From contig OY968796.1 of assembly GCA_963695545.1 (NCBI GenBank), forward strand, positions 896,001-960,000: DNA of 64,000 nt, read 5' to 3'. Below are positions 1 through 9,245 of this stretch, in pieces (the stretch's first letter is position 1; every line of letters begins with the position of its first letter). The notes beneath the pieces were generated by a model, which saw only the letters and a program-made list of their open reading frames with translations, had not been told where the DNA came from and did no database searches. The translations under genes were made by a program, and so were the position numbers. This DNA is from Terriglobia bacterium. Lineage in GTDB: Bacteria; Acidobacteriota; Terriglobia; Acidiferrales; UBA7541.

Positions 1-693
1 CGCGATTGGCCGCCCGGAACCCGCAAATCCTTCAAGGATAGGCAGCAAAAGCTGTGGCCCCACAGTGCAATTCGCTCCCAGCGCTTGAATATCGAGCGCC
101 GCCAATCGCGCGACAACTTCCTCCGGCCGCGCGCCGCCCAACGTCGTCCCTTCGTCGGAAAACGTCATCTCCGCGACGATCGGCAGCACTGAAAATGACC
201 GAATGGCTTCGATCGCGCCGGTCAACTCATCGAAATCCGAAAATGTTTCGAGAATAAACAAATCCACGCCGCGCTCTTCAAGTGCCGCGGCCTGCTCGCG
301 AAACGCCTCGCGCAACTCTTCGGTCGAAAGCGGCCGCATGTGGCGCGCGGCTCCCAGCGGACCGATCGAACCCGCCACCAAAACCTCGCGGCCCGAGGTG
401 TCGCGCACGTCGCGCGCAATCTTCACTCCGGCCGAATTGATCTTTCCCACTTGCTCGGCGAGACCCAACGGCGCAAGCTTCAGCCGATTCGCGCCGAAGG
501 TATTGGTCTCGATGATCTGCGCGCCCGCTTCGATATACGATCTGTGCACCCGAGCGATGGTTTCGGGCTCGATCAGGTTGAGTTCCTCGAAGCAGCGCTG
601 AGCGCCGATGGTTTCGTGCAGCAGCGATCCCATCGCTCCGTCGGCGACGAGAACCGCGTTCTGCAATCGTTGTTTGAAATCGTCAATCTTCAT
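1..693 (-). CDS. Homocysteine S-methyltransferase domain protein (probably bifunctional HMT/MTHFR, YitJ/MetH N-terminal type); runs off the window start
   Basis: Not in the ORF track. Manual minus-strand translation from ATG at 693 gives MKIDDFKQRLQNAVLVADGAMGSLL...VHRSYIEAGAQIIETNTFGANR...AGSIGP...GVDLFILETFSD...LGANCTVGP, which are the standard HMT motifs. It lies directly downstream of the CBS gene. Confidence 0.88.
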   Translation of the reverse strand, partial: MKIDDFKQRLQNAVLVADGAMGSLLHETIGAQRCFEELNLIEPETIARVHRSYIEAGAQIIETNTFGANRLKLAPLGLAEQVGKINSAGVKIARDVRDTSGREVLVAGSIGPLGAARHMRPLSTEELREAFREQAAALEERGVDLFILETFSDFDELTGAIEAIRSFSVLPIVAEMTFSDEGTTLGGARPEEVVARLAALDIQALGANCTVGPQLLLPILEGFAGSGRPIA

Positions 694-753
694 CGTCAAT
701 CCCGGTCAAGAATCCTGCCAATCGCTTTCGATGCCCTTGGTAACTCGGCGGGG

Positions 754-2148
754 TCAGTGGCGCTGCTGCTGTTCCATCAATGCGGCGATGGTGCCCATCA
801 AATCGAATTTGGTAAGAATGTCGAATTTGCCGTCGCCCATTTCGACGAACACCGCCGGGCCTTCGTGGCTCAGAAGATACGTCAGCCGCTCGACCGGGAC
901 CGTCTTCGGCACTTGGGGCAGCGGCTTGCTCATCACTTCGCGGATCACCAGCTTGCGCAGATCTTTGCCCTGCAGCGCCAGATTCAAGATTTGATCCTCG
1001 TAGATCGCGCCCACCGGCGTTGAATCCTCGAACACCGGCAGCTGCGAAATGTCCTGCGTCTGCATGGCGTGCAGCGCGTGGAACACAGTCTGATACGGCC
1101 GCGCGATCACAAGCTCGCGCTCCTTCGTGTTGCGGCTCTTGGCGCGCACCACGTCTTCCGCGGTGAGCGAAACTTCGGTGTCCGCGTAGCCGCGCTCGCG
1201 CATCCATTCGTCGCTATAGACCTTGCTCAAATACCGCGTGCCGGTGTCCGGCAGAAACGCCACAACCATATTGTTCTTCGGCAAATCCTTGGCCACGCGC
1301 AGCGCCGCGACCACGCACCCGCCGCCCGATCCGCCAGTGAAAATGCCCTCCTGTCGAGCCAGGCGCCGCGTCCACACAAAACATTCCTCGTCGCTCACTT
1401 GCATCACGTCGTCGAGTATTTTGAAATTCATCGTGGACGGGAAAATATCTTCGCCGATTCCTTCCACAACGTAGGTTTTGGCCTTCCCTACTTTTCCGGT
1501 CTTGAAAAACTCGTAATAAAGCGAACCGATCGGGTCCACGCCGATCAATTTGATGGCTGGATTTTTCTCTTTCAAGTAGCGGCCCACGCCGCTGATGGTT
1601 CCGCCGGTGCCCATCCCGGCGACGAAATGCGTAATCTTCCCTTCGGTGTCTTCCCAGATTTCGGGGCCGGTGGTGCGGTAATGCGCTTCGGGATTCATCG
1701 GATTTTCGTACTGATTCGGATAAAAGGAATTCGGAATTTCGCGCGCCAGTTTGCGCGCCACCGAATAGTAGCTCCGCGGATCGTCCGGCTCGACTGCGGT
1801 CGGACACACGATCACCTCGGCGCCGAGCGCCTTGAGCTGATCTACTTTTTCCTTCGATTGCTTGTCGGTGGTCGTGAACACGATCTTGTAACCGCGCACG
1901 GCCGCCACCAGCGCGAGTCCAATGCCGGTGTTGCCGGACGTACCCTCGATGATCGTGCCGCCGGGTTTGAGCAATCCCTTCTTCTCGGCGTCGTCGATCA
2001 TCGAAATGCCGATGCGGTCCTTCACAGAACCGCCGGGATTCATGTAATCGACCTTCACGTACAGGGACGCCTGAAGTTCGCGCGTCAGCCGGTTCAAGCG
2101 CACCAGCGGCGTGTGTCCGATGGCCTCGAGGATGTGTTCGCACTTCAT
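754..2148 (-). CDS. Cystathionine beta-synthase (PLP enzyme with C-terminal CBS pair)
   Basis: IGHTPLVRL, NPGGSVKDR (PLP lysine), TSGNTG, GMGTGGT, EGIG and PDTGTRYLSK motifs, plus a C-terminal CBS-domain pair. Confidence 0.92.
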   Translation of the reverse strand: MKCEHILEAIGHTPLVRLNRLTRELQASLYVKVDYMNPGGSVKDRIGISMIDDAEKKGLLKPGGTIIEGTSGNTGIGLALVAAVRGYKIVFTTTDKQSKEKVDQLKALGAEVIVCPTAVEPDDPRSYYSVARKLAREIPNSFYPNQYENPMNPEAHYRTTGPEIWEDTEGKITHFVAGMGTGGTISGVGRYLKEKNPAIKLIGVDPIGSLYYEFFKTGKVGKAKTYVVEGIGEDIFPSTMNFKILDDVMQVSDEECFVWTRRLARQEGIFTGGSGGGCVVAALRVAKDLPKNNMVVAFLPDTGTRYLSKVYSDEWMRERGYADTEVSLTAEDVVRAKSRNTKERELVIARPYQTVFHALHAMQTQDISQLPVFEDSTPVGAIYEDQILNLALQGKDLRKLVIREVMSKPLPQVPKTVPVERLTYLLSHEGPAVFVEMGDGKFDILTKFDLMGTIAALMEQQQRH

Positions 2149-2353
2149 GGTTTATTTGAGCGATTCTTAGAAAGTGTATCACGCAGCGCGCGGGTGTCCG
2201 AACACGCGCGCGGATCACACGTGCGCCCCGCGCAACATCTTGCTTTGTAGAACTTCGCGCTTCGCGTGGGCCGTCAGGCGCGCGCGATGGCGCAATGCGC
2301 TGCGGCAAGCTAATCCCTGTGGCATACTTTCGCCCTGCGAAGGAGGCATGCAC

Positions 2354-2806
2354 ATGATCCGGCGCACAAGCGGGCGGCAGAACTTTTCGACGGGCACCAA
2401 GTGGGAACCCATCGTCGGCTATTCGCGCGCCGTTCGCGTGGGCGCCACCATCCACGTCTCCGGCACGACGGCCAGTGGCGCTAACGGCGAAATCATCGGC
2501 CCCGGCGATCCCTACACGCAAACCGTTCAGACGCTCCGGAACATCAGCACCGCGCTGCGCCAAGCCGGCGCGCGGCTTGAAGATGTGGTGCGCACGCGCA
2601 TCTTCGTAACCGACATCGCGCAATGGGAGGCCGTCGGCCGAGCCCACGGCGAATTCTTCGGCACCATACGCCCGGCCACCGCGATGGTCGAAGTGCGCCG
2701 ATTGATTTCTCCCGAAATGCTCGTTGAAATCGAAGCCGAAGCCATCGTGCTCACTCACGCTCCAAAGCCACGCGCGCGAAAACTTCCGCGCGGGAAGAAA
2801 CGATAA
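2354..2806 (+). CDS. RidA/YjgF family protein
   Basis: [14 protein letters not shown]...HVSGT...DVVRTRIFV...RPATAMVEV...LVEIEAEA. Start chosen at the ATG after the AGGAGG RBS at 2341. Confidence 0.9.
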   Translation: MIRRTSGRQNFSTGTKWEPIVGYSRAVRVGATIHVSGTTASGANGEIIGPGDPYTQTVQTLRNISTALRQAGARLEDVVRTRIFVTDIAQWEAVGRAHGEFFGTIRPATAMVEVRRLISPEMLVEIEAEAIVLTHAPKPRARKLPRGKKR

Positions 2807-2812
2807 CGCCGG

Positions 2813-5104
2813 ATGCGTCACCGTCGCGTGCCCGCCAAGAGTTTTCGCGTCGCCGTTGCCGCCTTCGCGTTGTCTCTCGCTTCCGGATGGGCCGCGGCGG
2901 CACGCGCGCAAGAAGCGAAACCGCCATCTCCGCTGACTGTTGAGCGCATTTACTCTGCGCCGAGTCTCGCCGGTGTTGAACTCACGGATCTCGCGTGGAG
3001 TCCGGATGGTTCGCACTTGACGTACATGCAGGATGGCGAGGCGGGCGGAGGCGGGCGGCCCGAGATGTGGATCGTGGATGCGGCGACGGGGCAACGGAAA
3101 CTTCTGCTCGACCAGGATCACGTGACGAAACTTCTTGGGCCGCCTATTTCGCGCGGGCAGCAAACCGGTTTGGGCCGCGTGACTCCGCCGAGCTATTTCT
3201 GGGCGCCGGACGGAAAATCTCTCCTTTTCGCTTCCGCGTCCGAGCTTGTGTGGTACGACCTCGCGACGCAAGCCAGCAAAATTCTGGTCCGCGCGAAGGC
3301 CGGCGTTCCGGACGACGAGGGCGACGATGCCGCGGACCTCGAGGATCCTAAGATCTCTCCCGACAGCCACTGGGTCAGCTTCCTCCGCGATCACGATATT
3401 TGGGCGGTGAACGTCGCAACGGTCCAAATCCACGCGGTGACGCAAGGCGGAAGCGAACCGGTGCGCCACGGCGAACTCGATTGGATTTATCCCGAAGAAC
3501 TCGATCTGCACACCGCGTATTGGTGGTCGCCCGACTCGGCGCGGATCGCGTATCTGCAATTGGACGAGCGGCAGGTGACGCGGTACCCGCTGGTGGATCA
3601 ACTTGATCCGCGCGGCACGACAACCTTCGAGCGTTTTCCGGCCGCGGGCGATGCAAATCCGATCGCCAAGGTCGGCGTCGTCTCGCTTTCCGGCGGAGCG
3701 ACGCACTGGATGGACACGGGCACCGACACATCGGTGCTGCTCGCGCGCGTCGCGTGGCTGCCGGATTCGCGGCGCGTGGCGATCGAACGATTCAATCGCG
3801 CGCAGACGCAACTCGATCTGATTTTCGCCGACGCCGGGAGCGGGCGCGCGACGACAATTCTGACGGAGCAGGACAAGAATTGGATCAATGTTTCCGACAT
3901 TCTTTATTTTTTCTCCGACGAGCGCCGCTTTATCTGGTCGAGCGAGCGATCGGGATTCCGGCATCTTTATCTTTACGACGTGAGCGGCGCGCTTATCGCG
4001 CAGCTCACGCACGGCGATTGGGAAGTTGAGAGCCTCGAAGGCGTCGATGAAGCGGCGCAATCCGCGTATTTCATCTCGACCCAAAAAAGCCCAATCGAGC
4101 GGCAGTTGTATCGCGCTTCGCTCTCCGGCGGCGATCCCGTGCCGATCACGCGCGCGGCGGGTACGCACGAAGTGGTGATGGCGCCGGGTTGCGCCGATTT
4201 CGCGGACGCGTTCTCGACCGAAATGACACCGCCGCGCGAGGAGCTCGACCACGCCGACGGCACGCTCGAAACCGTGCTCAACGAGAATCACGTTGCCGAA
4301 CTCGAAACCGATCATCTTTCTCCCGTGGAGTTCATCACGATCCCCGGGGCGGACGGGACGCCGCTTCATGCTTCCGTGATCAAGCCGCCGGATTTCGATC
4401 CGGCCAAAAAATATCCGGTGATCGTGCACTACTACGGCGGTCCGGGCGCGCAGGAAGTTCTGAACGCCTGGGACGACGGAACGCAGTGGCAGATCTTGTT
4501 GTGGCACGAGATCATGGCGCAAAAAGGATTCATCATTTTCACGCTCGACAATCGCGGCACTTCCGGGCGCGGCCACGCGTTTGAGACGCCGATCGCGCGC
4601 CACTTCGGCGCGGTCGAAATGGCCGATCAACTCGCGGGCGTGGCGTGGCTCGCACAGCAGCCGTGGGCCGACACATCCCGCATGGGAATCTGGGGATGGA
4701 GCTACGGCGGTTATTTGACGTGCTACCTGATGCTCAACGCTCCGGGCGTTTTTCGCGCGGGCCTCGCGGTCTCGCCCGTCACCGACTGGCGGATGTACGA
4801 CACGATTTACACCGAGCGGTACATGGGCACGCCGCAAGACAATGCCACGGGCTACAGCGAATCCTCCGTGCTCGACAAGGCCGGCGCGCTTGAAGGCAAA
4901 TTGCTAATCGCGCATGGCACCGACGACGACAACGTGCACTTCGGCCAGACGGTGTCGCTGGCGAATCGCTTCGTGCGCGCCGGCAAATACGCCGAATATC
5001 AAATCTACGCGGGGCGTGGCCACGGTCTGTACGACTCGGTGGCGCGCGTGCATTTATTCGATCGCGCCACGCAATTTTTCCTCGACAACGTGAAGGGGCC
5101 GTAA
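2813..5104 (+). CDS. S9B dipeptidyl peptidase IV family peptidase, secreted
   Basis: Signal peptide ending AARAQ; beta-propeller (DWIYPEEL, YWWSPD); catalytic GWSYGG, DDNVH and GRGHG motifs. Confidence 0.93.
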   Translation: MRHRRVPAKSFRVAVAAFALSLASGWAAAARAQEAKPPSPLTVERIYSAPSLAGVELTDLAWSPDGSHLTYMQDGEAGGGGRPEMWIVDAATGQRKLLLDQDHVTKLLGPPISRGQQTGLGRVTPPSYFWAPDGKSLLFASASELVWYDLATQASKILVRAKAGVPDDEGDDAADLEDPKISPDSHWVSFLRDHDIWAVNVATVQIHAVTQGGSEPVRHGELDWIYPEELDLHTAYWWSPDSARIAYLQLDERQVTRYPLVDQLDPRGTTTFERFPAAGDANPIAKVGVVSLSGGATHWMDTGTDTSVLLARVAWLPDSRRVAIERFNRAQTQLDLIFADAGSGRATTILTEQDKNWINVSDILYFFSDERRFIWSSERSGFRHLYLYDVSGALIAQLTHGDWEVESLEGVDEAAQSAYFISTQKSPIERQLYRASLSGGDPVPITRAAGTHEVVMAPGCADFADAFSTEMTPPREELDHADGTLETVLNENHVAELETDHLSPVEFITIPGADGTPLHASVIKPPDFDPAKKYPVIVHYYGGPGAQEVLNAWDDGTQWQILLWHEIMAQKGFIIFTLDNRGTSGRGHAFETPIARHFGAVEMADQLAGVAWLAQQPWADTSRMGIWGWSYGGYLTCYLMLNAPGVFRAGLAVSPVTDWRMYDTIYTERYMGTPQDNATGYSESSVLDKAGALEGKLLIAHGTDDDNVHFGQTVSLANRFVRAGKYAEYQIYAGRGHGLYDSVARVHLFDRATQFFLDNVKGP

Positions 5105-5138
5105 CGCGTGACGCGCGCCGGCCCCTCCCGAGCAATTC

Positions 5139-6632
5139 CTACCAATGAATGCGGACGCGATAGCGCAGGACCGATGAGGCGTTCGGCGCTACGGGGACTT
5201 CAAATTGCGCGGCGAACGCGCCGGTTTTTTTCGCATCGTAGGTGGAGCTGAGCATTTGCCAATCGCCGCCGATGGGCTCGTTCACTTCGACGGTGATGGG
5301 AACATCCTTGTGATTGCGCAGCGTGATTTCGTATTCCAATTCCACCACATGGTTTGATATCACCTGATAGTCGGTCTGTTTGCGTTCGGCGACGATGTCG
5401 AACGCGTTGCCGACGTGCAGGTCGACGGCTTCATCTTTGGGTGTGTGATCGATTTGGTCTTCGCCGATGAAGAGCACGCCGCCGTGTGAATCGGCTTCGT
5501 AAACGCGCACGATGCCCGCCGGGAGCGGCATGCCGAGGCCGGATTTTTCTTCGTTCTCGAATTTGTAGTAGACCTCGACGGGGTCTTTGAGCGGGGCGCC
5601 GGGGTCCGCGGCGCTGTGATAGTAGCCGGTTTGTCCATTGACGACGTAACGGCGCTCGATGGGAATCGCCGGGGCGCTGAGCAGCGAAATTTGTTTGCTT
5701 TCGTTATTTTCGATCGAGGTGCGGCGGCCGAGCGTGTAGAGATGATATTCGGAGAACGATTCTTGTTGGAACGGCGCGGCCACAACGGCCTCCGTCTGCG
5801 CTCTGGCCATGAGCTCGTCCACTGCGCCTGCTTGCGTTGGAACGCGATGAATGTCGCCGGCGACCAATTGAAGTTGCGCGTTCTCGAATGCGGTGCCGCT
5901 TTTGTTGACCAGCGTGACCCAGCCATTGAGGTCGGCGGAAGTCTCTTCGCGGCCGATGGTGAGAACGTAGTCGGCGCTCCAGGAAAGATTCGCGGTTAAA
6001 TACGACGCTTCGACGGTTTGGCGGCGCTCACCTCGATTGTCGAGCAGCCACAGAAGCGTGGGCCGGTCGTAGAGATTTCCGGGGAGTTCGGGGAAACGAT
6101 AACTGTCGGTGTTCATTCCGGTGACGATTTGATCGCCGATCTTCCAGACCGGGCCGCCAGGATTGTCGGACAACAGCGTGGCTGGAAATTCCTGCAGCTC
6201 GCTCGAATTGTCTTTGAAGACAGTGCGCACGAGTGTGACTTCGCGGCCGACATATTTTTGGAGCAGCTTCTGGGGATCGAGCAGATCGTATTCGTAGTCC
6301 TGCTCGAGAACGTCGAGCTTGGCGGGATCGGCGATCGAGCGGAAGTGGACCGTGGCCGGATTGATCGAAGCGGCGATGTCCATGAAGCGCAGTCGGGATT
6401 CGCCGGCGGGCAAATCGATTTGGCGGAGGTCGCGGACGAGAGCAAGGTCGGAGTTGTAGACGGTGACGGCGAGATCGGTTTGGTCTTTCAAGGTTGTGGT
6501 GGACTCGGCGGGAGAGTCGGCGGCGCGCGCGAAATTTTGCAGCGGCGCGAGCGCGAATAACGCGGCGACGAGAAGCGCGAGCGCCGAGCGGCCGGTGAGC
6601 GTGGGGCGAGTGGAGCGCGATGAGAGTTTCAT
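5139..6632 (-). CDS. DUF4139 domain-containing secreted protein
   Basis: VTVYNSDLALVRDLR, EQDYEYDL, SYLTANLSWSADY, LVAGDI and EYHLYTL motifs. Start set at MKLSS (GGAGGA RBS, then a signal peptide). Confidence 0.82.
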   Translation of the reverse strand: MKLSSRSTRPTLTGRSALALLVAALFALAPLQNFARAADSPAESTTTLKDQTDLAVTVYNSDLALVRDLRQIDLPAGESRLRFMDIAASINPATVHFRSIADPAKLDVLEQDYEYDLLDPQKLLQKYVGREVTLVRTVFKDNSSELQEFPATLLSDNPGGPVWKIGDQIVTGMNTDSYRFPELPGNLYDRPTLLWLLDNRGERRQTVEASYLTANLSWSADYVLTIGREETSADLNGWVTLVNKSGTAFENAQLQLVAGDIHRVPTQAGAVDELMARAQTEAVVAAPFQQESFSEYHLYTLGRRTSIENNESKQISLLSAPAIPIERRYVVNGQTGYYHSAADPGAPLKDPVEVYYKFENEEKSGLGMPLPAGIVRVYEADSHGGVLFIGEDQIDHTPKDEAVDLHVGNAFDIVAERKQTDYQVISNHVVELEYEITLRNHKDVPITVEVNEPIGGDWQMLSSTYDAKKTGAFAAQFEVPVAPNASSVLRYRVRIHW

Positions 6633-6749
6633 TCTTTCCTCCGCAGGCGGCGTTCGAGTGTGTGCGCGGCTTGCCTGCACAGGTTTGAACGGAGCGGCGG
6701 GGATTTCTTGCGTTGGGGAGAGCGAACGGAGACCGGTTTCGACCGGAGA

Positions 6750-6930
6750 GTATATACACCCCCGGTATGTTTTGCGTAAGTATGGCAAACAAAGGAGATG
6801 CAGGAAAAGAGTGCGGATGAGTGTGAAAATAGGCAACTTGATATCGCCTTATATCAATGAGTTGCGCACTCTTTTGCAATCGACTGAAAATAAATGGTTT
6901 GGAGGGAGGGTTTGGTGCAGAAGAGTGCGG
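6750..6930. repeat. AT-rich palindromic intergenic element (MITE/REP-like)
   Basis: AAAAGAGTGCG (6805-6815) is inverted to CGCACTCTTTT (6865-6875). Inner hairpin GCAACTTGATAT-cgcctt-ATATCAAtgAGTTGC. A third AAGAGTGCG lies at 6921. Confidence 0.5.
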
Positions 6931-7216
6931 GATTGATCGGGTATGGCGGGGTCGCGCGGGGAGACGGCTCGGAGGCTGGACGCACGGCGAAGTTGCTTCG
7001 TTTGCCTTGCGGCGGGAGAGAAATCCGGAGGTTTGTGCGACGGACATAGCCTGTGATAGCACAGAATTCCGCGTGATGCAATAGTACTGATTGGTAAGTA
7101 TTCGAATAGGGGCGGCGGGAAGGCGCATTCAGGGCGGCGAAAGTAGTGCCGTGTTCGAATAGACTGTGTCGACCGTACGGTTTTTTGTGACATTACGAGC
7201 GTTGCGGCAACGAAGA

Positions 7217-7296
7217 GGGATTCTTCGACTGCGTCCCGGGCTGTCCGCGGGGCGGGGACGGAGGGAGAAAGCTGCCGGGACTGCGCTCAGAATGAC
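7217..7296. repeat. REP-like palindromic element (GTCATTCTGAGCG...GAAGAATCCC type on the minus strand)
   Basis: GGGATTCTTCGACTGCGTCCCGG ... CCGGGACTGCGCTCAGAATGAC, with an internal inverted repeat. Confidence 0.55.
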
Positions 7297-7343
7297 GGCT
7301 TGACGGTGGTTTGGCCGGAATGATGGTGGCGCGTTCGGGCTTC

Positions 7344-7418
7344 GTAGCGGAGACCTTCGGAACTCTGGTCTTACGCGCGCGAAAGCAAGATGGAGGCCTG
7401 AAGGCCTCCGCTACATAA
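7344..7418. repeat. GTAG-type REP doublet (REPIN-like), copy 1
   Basis: GTAGCGGAGACCTTC at 7344 faces an inverted GTAGCGGAGGCCTTCAGGCCTCCATCTTG. Positions 7386-7418 are identical to 9154-9186. Confidence 0.75.
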
Positions 7419-7464
7419 TGCAAAAACATCTTCGCGATAGAGCTCGGAGTTTACGGGGCGCGGC

Positions 7465-8781
7465 TTACTGCGGCTGCCAGGATTGGCCGGCGTCGGTGGT
7501 GGAGAAGCGGCGGCCGTCTTTTGTGCCGACGACGGCGGATCGGGCGTCGTGGGCGTCGACGAACGTCCAATCGGGAGGCTGGGCATTTTGTTCGGCTTGC
7601 TTGGGCGACGGGAGTTGTTGCCACGTCGCGCCGTCGCTTGAGCGGAGGATTGTGCCGTTGCGGCCGACGAGCCAGCAGACGGTTTCAGAGGGCGCGGAAC
7701 CGGCGAGGAGATCGGTTTGAATGGGGCTCGATTGCGGCGTCCAGGTGCGACCGCTATCGGTTGAGCGCGAAATACGGCCGCCGGCGCCGAAGCGCCAGAC
7801 GACTTGCGAGTTCGACTTCGCGGCTGCTGAGAAAGCGGGAACGAACTGGTCCTGAGGGCGCGCGAGATTACCGCTGGAGGCAAGCGCGTCAACGCGGGCG
7901 GCCTTGGACCGGACGACGACGGATTCGGTTACTGATCTGGGCTGCTCAGGAGCGGCATTCGCGGCCGCCGTGCCGGCAGCGGCCGCGGAAGAATTTTGTG
8001 CGGCGCCGGTGGTCGCTGATTCCTGTGAGTAGGCCTCGCGTGCGGAGGCTTCATCGGATGACTGCGCTTGCGCGGCTGGTGCCGGCGCGGTCACTTCGGC
8101 GGACGGCGAAGTTTCTTTGGGTACGGCTTGGGACGCAGTGACGGCCTGCGCATTCGTTGTGGGCGCGGGAGGGGGCGGCGACGCGGGAAGCGAGGCGCCG
8201 GACTGCGACGGTGCGACGTGCGTGGGAACTTGCGGCGCGGGAGTTGCGGCCGGACGGGCAGCCGGAGCGAGCGATGGCGGCGCCGCGGATTTATCTTCGG
8301 CGACGATGGTTTCGGACGAGGCGGGAGCGGTGGCCAGGTTTTCTGGAGGCGTTACATTCGCCGGATGGATCGCCAGCCAAAGCGCGGCGATGAAGATCGC
8401 GGCGGCGGCGAGGGGCACGAGCGTTCGCGGATCGAGGAAGCGCGGCCAATTCAAGATTCGCGCGCGGGGCGCGGCGGCGGGTGGCGCGGATGCAGCGGCG
8501 ACCAACTCGCCGAGGAGCGCGATTTCTTTTTCGGCCAGGGGATTTGGATCCGAGGCGGCCATAACGGCGAGGGCTTGCTGGCAGCGCGAGCAGCCGGCGA
8601 AGTGGGCGCGCCAGTGCGACGTCTCAGCGGGATTGAGCGCGCGTTCGTAAAACGCGGCGAGGGTTTCGGCGTCGGGGCAATCCGCTTTGCGCGCGGCGGA
8701 AGAGAAGGCTTCGGCGAGGATGCGGTCGAAGGCCTTGGCTTTGCGCTTCTCGAGTTCGGGGTCGTGGTCGTGTGACGCCAT
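7465..8781 (-). CDS. Zinc-finger (zf-HC2) anti-sigma factor with TM helix, Pro/Ala-rich linker and C-terminal BNR/YCF48-like repeats
   Basis: CPDAETLAAF...HFAGCSRC (HxxxCxxC); TM LVPLAAAAIFIAALWLAI; C-terminal STDSGRTW, SSDGATW and TTDAGQSW Asp-box repeats. It lies downstream of a sigma factor gene. Confidence 0.75.
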   Translation of the reverse strand: MASHDHDPELEKRKAKAFDRILAEAFSSAARKADCPDAETLAAFYERALNPAETSHWRAHFAGCSRCQQALAVMAASDPNPLAEKEIALLGELVAAASAPPAAAPRARILNWPRFLDPRTLVPLAAAAIFIAALWLAIHPANVTPPENLATAPASSETIVAEDKSAAPPSLAPAARPAATPAPQVPTHVAPSQSGASLPASPPPPAPTTNAQAVTASQAVPKETSPSAEVTAPAPAAQAQSSDEASAREAYSQESATTGAAQNSSAAAAGTAAANAAPEQPRSVTESVVVRSKAARVDALASSGNLARPQDQFVPAFSAAAKSNSQVVWRFGAGGRISRSTDSGRTWTPQSSPIQTDLLAGSAPSETVCWLVGRNGTILRSSDGATWQQLPSPKQAEQNAQPPDWTFVDAHDARSAVVGTKDGRRFSTTDAGQSWQPQ

Positions 8782-8931
8782 TGGCGATGCCTTCTTTATC
8801 TTCTCCCTAAACGCCGTCGCGGTGATCGTGCATTTGCGGGCCCTATAGATTGAACGATCCGGGCGTGTTGGCTTGCATTCCGCAAATTTGAATTCCTGAA
8901 CGCGTGTCTAGAATTGATGCTCTCAGCGTTC

Positions 8932-9038
8932 AAAGATTGTGTCGCCCCTACGGGGCTGAAAGCATTTGGTAAAAACAAAAGTCCCCTCCGTACCCAGGGC
9001 TTACGCCCTGGGTTAAGCTGTGCCGCCCCTACGGGGCT
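8932..9038. repeat. Composite palindromic element, copy 1
   Basis: Two G(T/C)CGCCCCTACGGGGCT palindromes flank CCCAGGGCTTACGCCCTGGG. A related copy is at 10320-10412. Confidence 0.75.
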
Positions 9039-9111
9039 GATTCTGCGTTGCGCGGGCAAGCGCGCGGCGTTGCGCACATTCTCGATCGGCGCCGGATGCG
9101 AAAATTGCTTT

Positions 9112-9186
9112 TTAGCGCAGGCCATTGGGCCTCCAGCTTATTTCGCGCAACACCAAGATGGAGGCCTGAAGGCCTCCGCTACATAA
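9112..9186. repeat. GTAG-type REP doublet (REPIN-like), copy 2
   Basis: A degenerate TTAGCGCAGGCCATTGGGCCTCCAGCTT faces the perfect inverted copy. The span is 71 bp, as in copy 1. Confidence 0.72.
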
Positions 9187-9245
9187 ACCCTTCGCGTACT
9201 CTGCCTCGGCGCAATCGCGCGGCCCCTGCCGGGCGTACGAAAGTG

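Noticed and set aside
2149..2345. SAM riboswitch upstream of the CBS/HMT genes
   Set aside because: No SAM-I, SAM-II or SAH consensus elements were recognised by eye. An Rfam scan would settle it.
1214..4837. 1207-aa minus-strand ORF
   Set aside because: It is the antisense shadow of the DPP-IV and RidA genes and out of frame over CBS. It is Arg-rich with no motifs, as expected in GC-rich DNA.
6633..6836. N-terminal extension of the DUF4139 ORF
   Set aside because: It reads through the palindromic repeat element. The RBS and signal peptide point to the start at 6632.
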